Positions 1-11,800 of a stretch of 64,000 nucleotides of DNA are shown one piece after another. Position numbers and translations under genes: made by a program. Source of the DNA: a virus (Duplodnaviria; Heunggongvirae; Uroviricota; Caudoviricetes); IMG/VR virus record IMGVR_UViG_2843020057_000001, positions 10,516-74,515 of that record; one strand, given 5' to 3'. The notes under the pieces are model-generated. The model did no database searches. It saw only the letters and a list, made by a program, of their open reading frames with translations, and was not told the origin of the DNA. The stretch's first letter is position 1; each line of letters opens with the position of its first letter.

Positions 1-966
1 ATGAATTTTGCTCGCGACCTATACTTCAAGCGTGAATTTAGCAAGAACGGTGTATCAGGTCAAGAAGCAATGCGTAACGCTATTTTAGACGCACTTGGTG
101 GAGAATTCACTCCTACTTCTTGGGGTAAAAACAAGTATGATGTTTTCGAATTAATTTCTGAAGCGGTTGACGCAGTTGTTCCACGTTTATTAACGGACCA
201 ATTTGCTAACATTGCTGACATTCGTACTGTTGCTATTGGTGAAAAACCGATTTTCCAAGTACAAGATCCAAAGGCTATTCGGGTAGGTCGCGTAGCGGCC
301 GGTGACCAAGATATTCGTCGGCAAACTATCAAGGACACTCATTACTCAATTGAAACAGAAGACTTTGGTGCATCTGTATACACAGAACTCCACCAATTTA
401 TGACTGGAACTATTGACTGGAGTAACTTGATTGATCGTGTGGCGCAAGCATTTACAAATCACATTCAATCTACTATTGCAGAAGCATTGAATGACAGTTA
501 CTCATTACTTAATGCTACTGACAAGGTAACTGGTCAAGCAACTCTTGATCAAGTTGTTAAGCTTGCAGAACGTATTCAAGTTAAAGCTAACCGTAATGTA
601 GAAATTTATGGAACCAAGGCTGCTTTAAGCAAGTTAGCAGAAATGGCAAACGTAAATCTCTACTCAGGTGATATGAAGAACGAATTAAATGAAAAGGGCT
701 TCCTTGGTGTTGTTCGTGGATTGAAGTTAAACGAAATTCCACAAGCATTTAAGGTTAACAAAGATGAATTCGCCCTTGATGATAACAAGCTTTTGATTCT
801 TCCAGAAGGTGAAAAGATCGTTGGTGTGGTAATGGAAGGTGACGCTATCACTGTTGAACCAGACTACACAGGACGGAATGATTTACAAATGGGCTTTAAG
901 ACCATCGAACGTATGGGAATCATGGCTCTTCAAATGAAAGTATACGGTATGGCTGAATTAGGCTAA
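1..966 (+). CDS. Major capsid protein (SPbeta YonB-like); 5' end may be outside the window
   Basis: 321-aa ORF with strongly biased, high-expression-like codons, ahead of the head-tail genes; sequence pattern resembles SPbeta-type capsids (ELISEAVD..VP, AS.Y.E...F..G.IDW..L.D). Confidence 0.8.
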   Translation: MNFARDLYFKREFSKNGVSGQEAMRNAILDALGGEFTPTSWGKNKYDVFELISEAVDAVVPRLLTDQFANIADIRTVAIGEKPIFQVQDPKAIRVGRVAAGDQDIRRQTIKDTHYSIETEDFGASVYTELHQFMTGTIDWSNLIDRVAQAFTNHIQSTIAEALNDSYSLLNATDKVTGQATLDQVVKLAERIQVKANRNVEIYGTKAALSKLAEMANVNLYSGDMKNELNEKGFLGVVRGLKLNEIPQAFKVNKDEFALDDNKLLILPEGEKIVGVVMEGDAITVEPDYTGRNDLQMGFKTIERMGIMALQMKVYGMAELG

Positions 967-971
967 TCGTA

Positions 972-1002
972 AGCTGGGTGGGGTTCGACTCCTCATCTAG
1001 TT
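972..1002 (+). other. tRNA T-arm-like hairpin (loop TTCGACT), copy 1
   Basis: 12-bp stem (with G-U pairs) closing TTCGACT, starting 6 nt after the capsid stop; 24/28 identical to 5657-5684. Confidence 0.75.
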
Positions 1003-1035
1003 ATAGTGACAACATATGAGAGAGAGGTTTTGAGA

Positions 1036-1599
1036 ATGTCACGTGAAGTAAAGCGCCGGAAGCGCAAAATTATTGACCCCTCAACTGAAATAGTAGTTGC
1101 AAATAATACTTATGGTACTTTTGCTTACGAATCAAAGAATGGGGCACTTTCAATTGTTTTAGAAGAGAACGGTGATGAAGAATACATCACATACTCTGAG
1201 GCAAGAAAGCTAAAAAAGTATTTTGAAAATATGTCTCTGTTAATAATTGACGTTAACTCTGACGAAGATATTTCAATTATGGATGTTGTTCGCGGATTGC
1301 GATTAACAGATGTTTATAGTTCATACCTTAAATTTGTAGAAGGTTTTAATGAAGACGAATTTGATGAGGTGGAAGCATTGTATTCAGATGCTCTTGCTGA
1401 CTTTGTAGTTGATTCAGATATAGACGAATTTAAGGAAGTACTTAAAACTCCACTAAGAAATGCGATCGTTATGACAACGGTTGAGATGTATAAACAACGA
1501 CGCTTAACAAATCGTGACAAACAAGACCTTGTTAATAACAGAGATGAGGATTTCTGGGCGGATGTAGATGTGTCCGTTAAAGCGGTAGAAGGTCACTAA
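1036..1599 (+). CDS. Hypothetical head-associated protein
   Basis: ORF 1006..1599; ATG 1036 follows a GAGAGG RBS; acidic; directly after capsid. Confidence 0.6.
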   Translation: MSREVKRRKRKIIDPSTEIVVANNTYGTFAYESKNGALSIVLEENGDEEYITYSEARKLKKYFENMSLLIIDVNSDEDISIMDVVRGLRLTDVYSSYLKFVEGFNEDEFDEVEALYSDALADFVVDSDIDEFKEVLKTPLRNAIVMTTVEMYKQRRLTNRDKQDLVNNRDEDFWADVDVSVKAVEGH

Positions 1600-1624
1600 A
1601 TATTATTTGAAAGGGGAGTCTTTC

Positions 1625-2083
1625 ATGGCAAATGAAAGTAATGACCCTAAATATACATATTATGAAGAAGTCTACAAGGTTTTCTTGAATACAGTAGATT
1701 CATATGACTTCGCTCAAATGGATGATGACGAATTAGAAAGCGTCTTATATGGATATATGGATTCAGGTCGATTACTTTTCAGTACTTATATAGCTAAAGA
1801 TTTCATGGATGACGATCCTGAAAATAAGAGATTTAACTTCAAGATGACAAGAGTAGAAATTGCTTTACTTGCACAGGCAATGAAACTTGAGTGGGTTCGT
1901 GAACATCTGAATTCGGAAGAGTTAATGCGAAAAGCGATTGGTGATCGAGACTTTAATACGGTGCAGGGATATCAATACTTGGACCGTCTCCAGACTATGG
2001 AGAAACAATTGAGTAGAGAGATTACCGCTCAAATCAATCGATTAGAATACTCGAATCCAGAACTGTATGGTGAAATGAAATGA
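1625..2083 (+). CDS. Putative head-tail connector protein
   Basis: ATG 1625 after AAGGGGAG; position in morphogenesis operon; stop overlaps next start (ATGA). Confidence 0.55.
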   Translation: MANESNDPKYTYYEEVYKVFLNTVDSYDFAQMDDDELESVLYGYMDSGRLLFSTYIAKDFMDDDPENKRFNFKMTRVEIALLAQAMKLEWVREHLNSEELMRKAIGDRDFNTVQGYQYLDRLQTMEKQLSREITAQINRLEYSNPELYGEMK

Positions 2084-3138
2084 GTAGTTTTGCAACATCA
2101 TACCGCAGAAAGCAACGAGTCATTGGGGACAACAGAGTTAATAGAAATTATAATCGGCAGCTTGAGGGCTTTAATCTTTACTACAAAGATACTCTAACTA
2201 AGCATGATTGTATTATTGATGGTGTTCCAACGCAGGCAGTCTTTCAAGATCATTCGCAAAGCAATAATAAAGATTTATCTGATGACAAGTACGTTGTTGT
2301 CCCAAATTCAGTTGAAGTTGGTGTGGGCTCATATATTGAATGGGCGGACGAAACATGGATGGTTTTTACTGAAGAGTATAAAACGATTCCTTCTCATCAA
2401 CAATTAAAGATAAAGCATACGAACAGACGGCTTAAATGGTTGATGAACAAGAACAGTAAGCTGATTTGCAACTTTGGGAAAGGCTGGCCTGCTTATGTAC
2501 AGAACCAGACATTATATACCTTAGGGGTGTCATTCTCAGGACAAAATATCGCATTAGCAAATGCGAAAATGTCTGTTTACATCAAAGATGTTCCAGAAAC
2601 AAGAGCGGTAAAAGTTGGGACAAGACTTTGGATTGCTGGTCAAGTCTATAAAATTGAATTCGCTGACTACGTATCAAGACCGGGGTTAGTTAACTGGTTA
2701 CTAGACGAAGATACAAAGAATCCGGAAACCGATAATTCTGATTTGGAAATAGCTGATTATTGGGATTCTGGAGGTAAAGACGAAGACGATTCCACAAAAG
2801 ATGTATCTAAGTTGACTATGCCTACAGACGGCTCTGACAGCCATTCTGAGGACGAAAAGCCAAAAGTTGAATGGAATATCGAAGGAACAATTAAAGCTCG
2901 CCTAGGGCATACCTATGTCTATACAGCGATGAATTCTGATGGAACTAAGGCAGATGTCTCCGAATGGATGATTGGAACCCTTGAAGACTCTCCATTTTAT
3001 GTAAAAGAAAAAGATAATCATAGCATTACTGTGACTGTGAAAGACATCTATAAGCTAGTTGGACAAACAGTAACAATCACAGCAAAAGCCAATGACGAAA
3101 TAAAAAATATTGCAATAAAAATTATAAAGAAGTTCTAG
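2080..3138 (+). CDS. Putative head-closure/neck protein with C-terminal beta-rich (Ig-like) extension
   Basis: 352-aa ORF in the head-tail block, translationally coupled; acidic linker then a beta-rich tail. Confidence 0.5.
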   Translation: MSSFATSYRRKQRVIGDNRVNRNYNRQLEGFNLYYKDTLTKHDCIIDGVPTQAVFQDHSQSNNKDLSDDKYVVVPNSVEVGVGSYIEWADETWMVFTEEYKTIPSHQQLKIKHTNRRLKWLMNKNSKLICNFGKGWPAYVQNQTLYTLGVSFSGQNIALANAKMSVYIKDVPETRAVKVGTRLWIAGQVYKIEFADYVSRPGLVNWLLDEDTKNPETDNSDLEIADYWDSGGKDEDDSTKDVSKLTMPTDGSDSHSEDEKPKVEWNIEGTIKARLGHTYVYTAMNSDGTKADVSEWMIGTLEDSPFYVKEKDNHSITVTVKDIYKLVGQTVTITAKANDEIKNIAIKIIKKF

Positions 3139-3141
3139 GGA

Positions 3142-3705
3142 GTGAATGAGAGAGTGCCCGCAAAGGAAATTACAAATGAGGCTCCAAAACATGTGTCTTC
3201 AGTTATGAAGATTAGTGAGTGGAAACAGCAAATGATGGAAACAATGGCAATGGATGATGATTTAGCAAAATTACTTTATTATGACTCATCTGATGCATTA
3301 AGCCGTCCTGATTTAACCGAGGAGCAAAAATATGAACTGGTAACAGAGGGAGAAGAAAAGCGTCGGATTTATCCAACAAGATATAAGCCTGGGGTAGTTA
3401 TGGACCAGCAATCATTTATTGGTATGGCGATTTCTAATTTCTCATTTCCAGAAATTCATTATCACGTAGATAGTGACTTCGTGATGGGGTACTTATACTT
3501 CTTTATCCTTGTTGATAACAAAATTATGGATATCGATGAAGGACAAAGGCAAGATCAAATACTCGCTAGAATTTATGACTTATTCTCCGATTCTAGAAGA
3601 TACGGAATCGGGACTGTAAAAATTGGTCAACTTTCTGAATTATGGGAGCAAAACAATAAGTTTGGCGGCTACCAACTAATGATGAGAGTATACGACTTTA
3701 AGTAA
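3142..3705 (+). CDS. Putative tail-completion/terminator protein
   Basis: 187-aa ORF, two genes upstream of the tail tube. Confidence 0.5.
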   Translation: MNERVPAKEITNEAPKHVSSVMKISEWKQQMMETMAMDDDLAKLLYYDSSDALSRPDLTEEQKYELVTEGEEKRRIYPTRYKPGVVMDQQSFIGMAISNFSFPEIHYHVDSDFVMGYLYFFILVDNKIMDIDEGQRQDQILARIYDLFSDSRRYGIGTVKIGQLSELWEQNNKFGGYQLMMRVYDFK

Positions 3706-3717
3706 AGGACGTCTGCT

Positions 3718-4521
3718 ATGAGAATTAACTATTCTTATGTGATTCTCGGGAAAGATATACCTATAAACGATAAGGTAACTTTTCATATTCCCACAATTGG
3801 TGAATTAGCAGAAGCAGAAAACAATGACTTTAGTGATTGTACTCGTGTTTTTGTAACAGGGGTTCGGGAACAATTTAGTGGTGTTCCTGAGCAGGTTGAT
3901 CTGATAGAAGAAAGATTCCCGTCTCTATGGGATATGGCTTTTGACGATGAAATGAATGACCTTGTTGGAGAGGCCATGTTTGGTAAAGGCGCTACTTTAT
4001 TACGGCAATTTTTGAAAGCGCTTTCGTACTGGACTAGGACGAAAGAAGAACAGTACAAAATCTTGAGTAATAAAAAGATCGTAAGCGAAGAACTGGATTG
4101 GATTATCGACAGGGAAACATACATTGACCTATCTAACCTAATCAAAGCAGTTACTTTGTCAAAGCCCAATAGGGACTTGATTGCACCCAAGGGTGTGGGA
4201 AGTAATCCAAGAAAGATTCAAATGTGGAAAAACACATACAAAGGTCGATTACAACAAGCCATGAAAAGAAAAGGAACGGAATTAGGAGATCAAATCCTTC
4301 AGCTAGAAGTATTTGCGCCTGGATACATTAGCTTTGCTGATATTCAAGGTATGACCTATTACCAGTTTTCAAATCTTTTATCTGCTTATACCGCTAAGTA
4401 TTCATCAGAAAAACAGTATCAGATTTATACATCAGAAAAGTTCGATACGAAAGATATGAAAATGCCTGATCTAAATGAAGAAATAAAACTAATCAAATTT
4501 GATGAAAAAAATAAAGACTAA
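3718..4521 (+). CDS. Putative tail assembly chaperone-like protein
   Basis: 267-aa ORF with an AAAGGA RBS; C-terminal I..MTYYQF..L pattern recalls chaperone T segments. Confidence 0.4.
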   Translation: MRINYSYVILGKDIPINDKVTFHIPTIGELAEAENNDFSDCTRVFVTGVREQFSGVPEQVDLIEERFPSLWDMAFDDEMNDLVGEAMFGKGATLLRQFLKALSYWTRTKEEQYKILSNKKIVSEELDWIIDRETYIDLSNLIKAVTLSKPNRDLIAPKGVGSNPRKIQMWKNTYKGRLQQAMKRKGTELGDQILQLEVFAPGYISFADIQGMTYYQFSNLLSAYTAKYSSEKQYQIYTSEKFDTKDMKMPDLNEEIKLIKFDEKNKD

Positions 4522-4544
4522 ATACGAAAGGAGACATTGATTAT

Positions 4545-5651
4545 ATGTCTACTTATGGTTTGAAGGATGCGTCAAATATCACATTTGTAAAGCGTGGTAC
4601 TACTACTCCCGTTTTATACATTGATTACGCAAACCAAACAAATACGCAATGGCAATCTAACCGTGTATATGCCAAGAAGAAGGGTACACAAGCAATTGCA
4701 TGGGACTCTGCACGGACTGGTAAGTTAACCATTCAAACTGAAATGTTTGATCTTCGGCTCTTGGCAATGATGGCCGGTGACGATGATTTACATAAGGGAA
4801 CAAATACTATCTTTAAGCGAAAAGTATTCCAATTACGAGGAGATCGCTTAATTGATTTAGGCGCAAAGCCAGTTGAAGGTTCTGTATCTGTATTCCGTGT
4901 AGACGACAAGGATAAGCGTGAACACATTACTGAAATCCCTATGTTAGTTTCTGGAGACGCTGGTTCAGTTCCACAAATGGTAACTGATGTTGCTGTTTCT
5001 GCTAAGGACACAACTGCAACAATTACTTGGAGTTCTACAGCCAATGCAACTAGTTATGTTGTTTACCGAAATGGAGTAGCTACTGGATACCCTGTTGGTA
5101 CTTCATTTAACGACTCAAACTTAACTCCTGAAACAGAATACAAGTACACAGTTGTTGCTAAGAATGAAGCAGGACAATCAGTTCAATCTGCTGAAGTAGT
5201 TATTACTACTGCTACATCAGGTACTAAAGAAGCCGGCGCTGCTGTTAAGGCAACTGGAGATGCAATTAAGAAGGCGCAAGAAAATGCTAGTGGGGCTAAC
5301 TTAAATGGCTTGTACTTCAAGATGACTGATGGTGGAAATGGAATTCAACTTTCTGATGAAGCCGTTGTCGGTGCTGCCTACGCAGTGTACTACGTTGTAA
5401 AGCAAGACGGTGTATCTTCCTACACTATCAATGCACTTAAGTTTGCAACTAACTACGAAATTTACGCCGATGCCGTAATTCGTTCCCAGGACGGTGAAGA
5501 TAAGTTTGCGCAAATTCACTTTACTAATGTAAAGCCTGCTGCAAATGTAACATTCAACCAAAACTCAGAACAAGTAACTTCCCTTTCATTGGAATTTGAC
5601 TTGTTGGCTGATGAAAATAACGACCAAGCTATTTACGAATACATCGAATAG
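4545..5651 (+). CDS. Major tail tube protein with an internal fibronectin type III domain
   Basis: AAAGGAG RBS, biased codons; FN3 signature TATITWS...SYVVYRNG...LTPETEYKYTVVAKN inserted mid-protein. Confidence 0.75.
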   Translation: MSTYGLKDASNITFVKRGTTTPVLYIDYANQTNTQWQSNRVYAKKKGTQAIAWDSARTGKLTIQTEMFDLRLLAMMAGDDDLHKGTNTIFKRKVFQLRGDRLIDLGAKPVEGSVSVFRVDDKDKREHITEIPMLVSGDAGSVPQMVTDVAVSAKDTTATITWSSTANATSYVVYRNGVATGYPVGTSFNDSNLTPETEYKYTVVAKNEAGQSVQSAEVVITTATSGTKEAGAAVKATGDAIKKAQENASGANLNGLYFKMTDGGNGIQLSDEAVVGAAYAVYYVVKQDGVSSYTINALKFATNYEIYADAVIRSQDGEDKFAQIHFTNVKPAANVTFNQNSEQVTSLSLEFDLLADENNDQAIYEYIE

Positions 5652-5659
5652 CAATTAGC

Positions 5660-5684
5660 TGGATGGGGTTCGACTCCCCATTCA
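5660..5684 (+). other. tRNA T-arm-like hairpin (loop TTCGACT), copy 2
   Basis: 9-bp stem closing TTCGACT, starting 9 nt after the tail-tube stop; all differences from copy 1 keep pairing. Confidence 0.75.
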
Positions 5685-5737
5685 TCTTTCAACTAAGTAG
5701 ATTAAATTAATCCATTTATACGGTTATGAATGGACAG

Positions 5738-5766
5738 AAAGTCCGAAACCTCGGGCTTTATTTTTT
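5738..5766 (+). terminator. Intrinsic terminator after the tail tube gene
   Basis: AAAGTCCGA-AACC-TCGGGCTTT followed by ATTTTTT. Confidence 0.7.
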
Positions 5767-5800
5767 CAAGAATTTATAGATTTTATAAAAAGGGGAATCG

Positions 5801-8800
5801 TTGATGGAGAAAACGATTAAGTATTTAGAAAACGGAGAATACCATTATGCTACAGTTCGCTCTGTTGGTGATTTGGCACAATTAAAGACTAATTCAAAGG
5901 AAACACTTGTCGAAGCCATCAACGAGCTCTGGAATGGTGGAGGTAATGCTGATCTAAGTAAAGCACCAAAACCAGAAGGCTATGACCAATTAGTTCAAGA
6001 TGTTGCTGACGCTGTAAAAAATCAACAAGAAATCAGTCAACAATGGATTGAGTGGCAAAACGAAGAAGCTCAATTAACGGAAGAACGAAAACAAGCTTAT
6101 CTTCAAGCAATGAAAGAAATGCAAGAGGCCATTGATAAGGCTAAGGCAGATGCGGCAGCTCTTGATGATAAGACAACTAAATTAGACGAGCAAATCACCA
6201 AGACCTTTAGTGATCTTGATACATCAATTCAAAATATGCATGAACAGCTTCAAAAAGAAGCAGATCGCATGGATCAAGAATTGATTGATACAAAATCTGA
6301 TTTAACTAAGGTTCGTACAGATCTGCAAAATGCCCAACTAGATAATGGGAGAATTCATGACGAGCTAACTAATATTAATGGGAAATTTGAACACAAAGTT
6401 TGGCAAACAGATTTGGACCCGTTAAAGGAACAGATCGACAGAGCTGAAACCAGCGTCCAACAGACCAAAGATGAGTTACTTGGAAAGGCAAGTCGTCAAG
6501 ATTTAGATACAGTAACCAATACCGTTTCTAAACTTGATACACAGTTAAAAGAAACTGCCAAAGGCGTAGAAATCAGCGTTAAGAAAGATGAGCTCGGTGG
6601 TGAAATCGCTGAGGCGTTGACTAATAAAACGAACATTTTACTAGGTACAAGAAGATTCACTACTAATAACTGGCAGCAACGAGAGCATGTTGAAATGTGT
6701 AGCGATCCTTGGAAGGGATTCTTAGTAGCTAAGCAAAATAGTCCAATTGAGGGTATCCAACAAGCTTATGACGTAAAGGCTGGAACAACATATACTTTTA
6801 GTCTTTTCGCAAAGATGGATACTTTGGACGATAGTAACAAACCGCAAATTATCCTTGCCAAGACTAACCTTGATACTAGTCTTGATACCAAGATTGATGT
6901 ATGGCGTAAAGAAATTGAAGATATTACCTCTGATTTTAAGAGATATGACTTAACCTTTACGCCAAGTGAGGATTGTACGATATACCCTCATGTTATATCT
7001 AACAGCAATAATCCTATATTCGTTTGTGGTTATCAGCTAGAAATTGGAAAGACATCAACTCCATGGGAACCTAATCAAGAAGATGTTGGTGACTATGTAG
7101 AAAAGTCTGAGGCGCAATTCAATGTCTATAACGATAAGATTCAAGCCCTAACTGAAAAACAACGCCAACAGGGTGATACCCAAGAAAAGCTACGTACAGA
7201 AGTAACCCAAACCGCCGAAGGAACTCGACAAGTATCTGAAAATCTTAAAAAGACTAATGATGATATCACTAAACTTCGTGGCGAATTTGAAGTAAAAGCG
7301 GATCACATGAAGTCTGAGTATGAGACTTATACGAATAAAGCTGTAGGTCAAATCAGTGATAGTACATTAAATCTTATTCGGAATAGTTCATTTCAGAATA
7401 AAGACGAGGACTTTGCACAATGGCAGAATGTTTCTGCAAAGGCTAATGTACGTCAAGATGAAAATGGGCTGCGTTGGGTTGAATTAACTCAGTCAGGAAT
7501 GACTACAGATAATATCATTGGACTAACAAGTAACTATTTTAATATTAAACAAGGTAAGGTTACTGTTGCCGTTGACATTAAGAGTGGAACCAAGGCGGAC
7601 TTAGATATTGAATCTGTTTTGACGCTTGAATTATATGACGAAAATAAGAAACGTGTCGATTTTACTCGGCTTACACTCAATGATTTAGGTTTAAATAAGT
7701 CATTACTAGGAGATCATCAAGTACATCGTGGGCTATATCGATTAGGTATTGATAGAAATGATGCTAAATACATGACGGTAAAAGCATTATTGGCACGCAA
7801 TGGTGATTTGTACTTTACTAATTTCTCTGCAAGATTATCTTCTATTGATGATGGGGCATATGAACCTAATCCAGATGACTTAAATCAACAAATTCTTAAA
7901 CAGAATACAAAGATTGAGCAGAATGCTAAAGAAGTGGCCATTAAAGCAAACTCTGTTGACGTGACAAGAGATATCAAAAGTGCAGTAGATAATGTTCAAG
8001 TTGGTGGAACAAACCTGGCTAACAAAACAAATCAGGGAACTATTAACTGGATGTGTGATCCAGGTAATGGAACTACTAACTTAACTGAAATAAATATTAA
8101 TGGAAATAGAGGAGTCCGCTTTAATAATACCCGCAAAACAACTAGTTGGTGGGTAGCAAAGTATGCGCTTGACCTTAATAAATTTGAGCCAAGTACAGAT
8201 TATGTAGTTAGTTTTGATATTAGAACACCTATGAATGTTGAATTTTACGGAAGTATGTTTGACATAGCTGGTGGTGATTCGACGAATGGTTATTTTACTG
8301 ATACATCAATACACGGTGTTATTCCAGCAAATAAATTAACTCATATTAGTGTATCCAAGCATACAAAAGATAATTTCGACAAAGATCATTATCAAAGTTT
8401 CTATTTAAATTCTTGGAATCTATCTAGATGCGATTGGGTAGATTTTGTTAATTTTAAGATAGAAAAAGGAAATAAGGGAACAAATTATTCGCCTGCCCCA
8501 GAAGATGTCTCCGCAGAAATTAAATCTGTAAAAGACGCAGCAATCCAAGTAGCCAGTGACCAAATTAATCTTCACGTTAATGAATTATCTACTCAATTTG
8601 ATGACAAATTAAATAAACGTATTAATGAACAGAAGACGGCCAGTGAGAAGTTCACATCTGATGGTATTGAACAGGTTGTAACAAAAGTTACCAATGTGAA
8701 AAATGATGTGGATAGATTAGGCGATACTGTGAATAGTGTTGGATCACGGAATCTTCTTCATAACACAAGCAATCAGTGGAGAACATTAGCTAACGATGGT

Positions 8801-11800
8801 GATTGGTTGCAAAAGACAACCGCATCGTCTTGTTGGACATCTGTTGCGGACTATCATGGTGGAGACAAATTTACTTATGCTGCAAAGATTACTAATAATA
8901 GCCATCAACAAGCAGAGTTGGAAATTTGGTTGTGTGATCAGAATAAGAATTTAATTAATGGGCAAGCATTCCACGCTCCTATTCCTAAAGGTGCTAATGC
9001 TTATGATGCGAATGTTACATTCCCGATTACGACAGGAACTTGGTATATAAGAAGTTGGATAATCTTTACTGGAGGACACGCTCCTAAAGGAGATATTGTT
9101 CAGGTTAAAGATGAACGTTTAGTGGAGGGAGCAACTCCTGGTAGCTGGACGCCTAATCCAGATGATATTAACCAACAGATTACTAATACTAATAAGAAGA
9201 TTGACACGCAAACCATCGATTCCGCAAATATTGACCAGATGCTTACTCAAGGCCATTACTTTGTAAGGAATCTTACCGGGAACCCAATCGGTGGATGGGT
9301 TTATGTAGATGTGACTGGAAATAATAATGATCGTATCCGCCAGGATGTATATGCGGATCAAAATAACCAACATAAATATAGAAGTTGGAATGGTTCAAGG
9401 TGGTCTGGTTGGGAACAAGGTGCTTATATAAGTGATGTTAATAATGTAAAAACAGAAGTCACGGCTTCTGTCAAGAATCTTGGGGATCGTGTTACCACAG
9501 AAGTTGATTCCATTACAACACGACAAAATAACTTTGAAAATGAAGCCAAAGAACAACACTCAAATGATGTTGAACTGGTAAGAAAAAGTGATTTTGAAGA
9601 TGGGAGTAAAGGTAACTGGACCGTTACTGGTGTTGTACCTGCTACTAACCCCGCACCACCAGCTGAATTAGGGCAGTATGGAATGAAGGTTCTTCAAACT
9701 AATATTCGTGATGCGTACGAGGACGGCATCTGGTATTCTGTCAAGCCTGGAGAAAAGTTTGACGTAGACTTTTGGTGTGCACCATCTTCTGCGTTCCATA
9801 CAGCATTTGGGTTATGTTTTACAGATAAAAATAAAGAAAATTGGAATTGGCAAGGAATACAAACTGATCAATCGGGTCAATGGAAACACTATACTGGTAC
9901 GATAGCAGCGCCCACTAATGCTGCATTTGCAAGACCTTGGTATCAAATGGACAAACCAGCTAATAATACTACTAATTCGTCATGGATTGCAAAACCGCAT
10001 ATTAGAAGACAAAACCCACAAGTTGCTGAGAAAATCAGTGAGTTAAATACAAAATGGGACGTTGCTAACGGTCAAATTCAAGGTAAAGTTACCGAAACAC
10101 AAGTAAATAATATTTTGAATGGTAAAGGATATGCTACACAGTCATGGGCACAAACGATGTTCCAAATGAAAAGTGATTCCATTACTTTGCAGGCTGTTCG
10201 GGACAATATTACGAATGGAATTCAGAATCAGGTAAATAATATTGATCAGAAATTAAATAATACAAAGATTGGTAATAAAAATCTATTTGTTGGAACTAAT
10301 CGAGGAGATTATGGTTGGATGATATCTCCGGGGAGCGGTGAAACTTCTAAAGGCTCTCTATATATTGATGGAGAAAATGGAGTAAGATTTACTAATTCAA
10401 GAAAGACTACGAGCTGGTGGGTCATCCAGTTCCCATTTGATATGAATAAGTTAAAACCTAATACTTCATATACGATTAGTTTCGATATAAGAACTCCTCA
10501 AGATAGAAATGAGAATGTTTTTATAGGGCTTGCGCGTGGTGATTCATCAGGTAGTCCTTTTGTGGAGTCACCATATAAAGCAATTCATACAAAAGCAAAT
10601 CAGTTTGTTCATATTACGCAAACTTTGACTACGATATCAAATTTCGAGAAAAATCAACAAGCTTTCTATCTCAATAACGCAGGAATTGGACAGTGTGATT
10701 GGGTAGATATAGTAAATTTGATGATGGTTGAAGGTACGCAATCTGCTGAATGGAGTCCGGCACCAGAAGAAGTGGGAAGTGGTCAAAATTTACTTAGAGG
10801 AACCGCAGATTTCAGTTGGCCTACTGGACTTGGAACCAATGGCAATTTTAATACGAGCTTTGAGCGATTTGATGATACATCTATTGCTTTTCATTTATGG
10901 GGAAGTAAAGGTGGAGGTATCTACACTAAATGGGGTGGAGCGTTCCCAGACGGACAACTTCAAGTTGGCGAAACATATACATTTTCATTTGATATTAAAG
11001 GGTCTGGAACGTTTGCAAGTATTGGAAATGAAAGTCATGACACAAATGCGAGAGGATTGCAAGTTCCCGGTGATTGGCAAAGAGTCTCTATTAGTGGCAC
11101 GATAAAAGCTTTGGACAAGGCATTTATTATTTATTTCAGAGATAATTTCGATGTACGCATAAAGAACGTAAAAATTGAACGTGGCTCAAAAGCTACCCCG
11201 TGGACCCCACATCCTTTTGATGATAAAGATAAGGGTGTTAATCTGCTAAAATCAACTGCTTATTGGAATCCAGCAGATTGGAACCATATCAGTGATAATG
11301 TATGGTATGACGATAACTGGACAGATAATTTGGGACATAAAGCCTATGGACACCATACTGCATGGCAAGGTCTAGGACAAACTGTATATGTGACGCCAGG
11401 AGTATATACGTGGAGTGCACAGATTTATCTAAACGGACTAGATAGTAATGATTCTGTATATCCTTATATGGGTGATGGTCAATATAATGGTACAGCACAA
11501 GTTCAAGATATCCGAAAACCTATGCTGGGAGTTAATGACCAAAATCGATGGATTGATTATAGTACAACATTTTATGTGAAAAATGCTGGTAATTTATGCG
11601 TAAGACCTGAACTAAATAGAGATCATGGAACCATACATGTCGGATCACAGAAATTAGAGCATGGAATGGTAGCTACTCCATGGAGTCCATCACCATTAGA
11701 TGACAAGACTGCGACAATAACTCTTGATTCCGCAGATATTAATAGCATGAAGACACAGGGGCATTACTTTGTTAGAAACTTAGCAAATAGCCCAATAGCT

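Noticed and set aside
972-1002. tRNA gene or tRNA-derived att site (also 5660-5684)
   Set aside because: Only a T-arm-like stem-loop; no D arm, anticodon arm, acceptor stem or CCA; both copies are internal to the late operon
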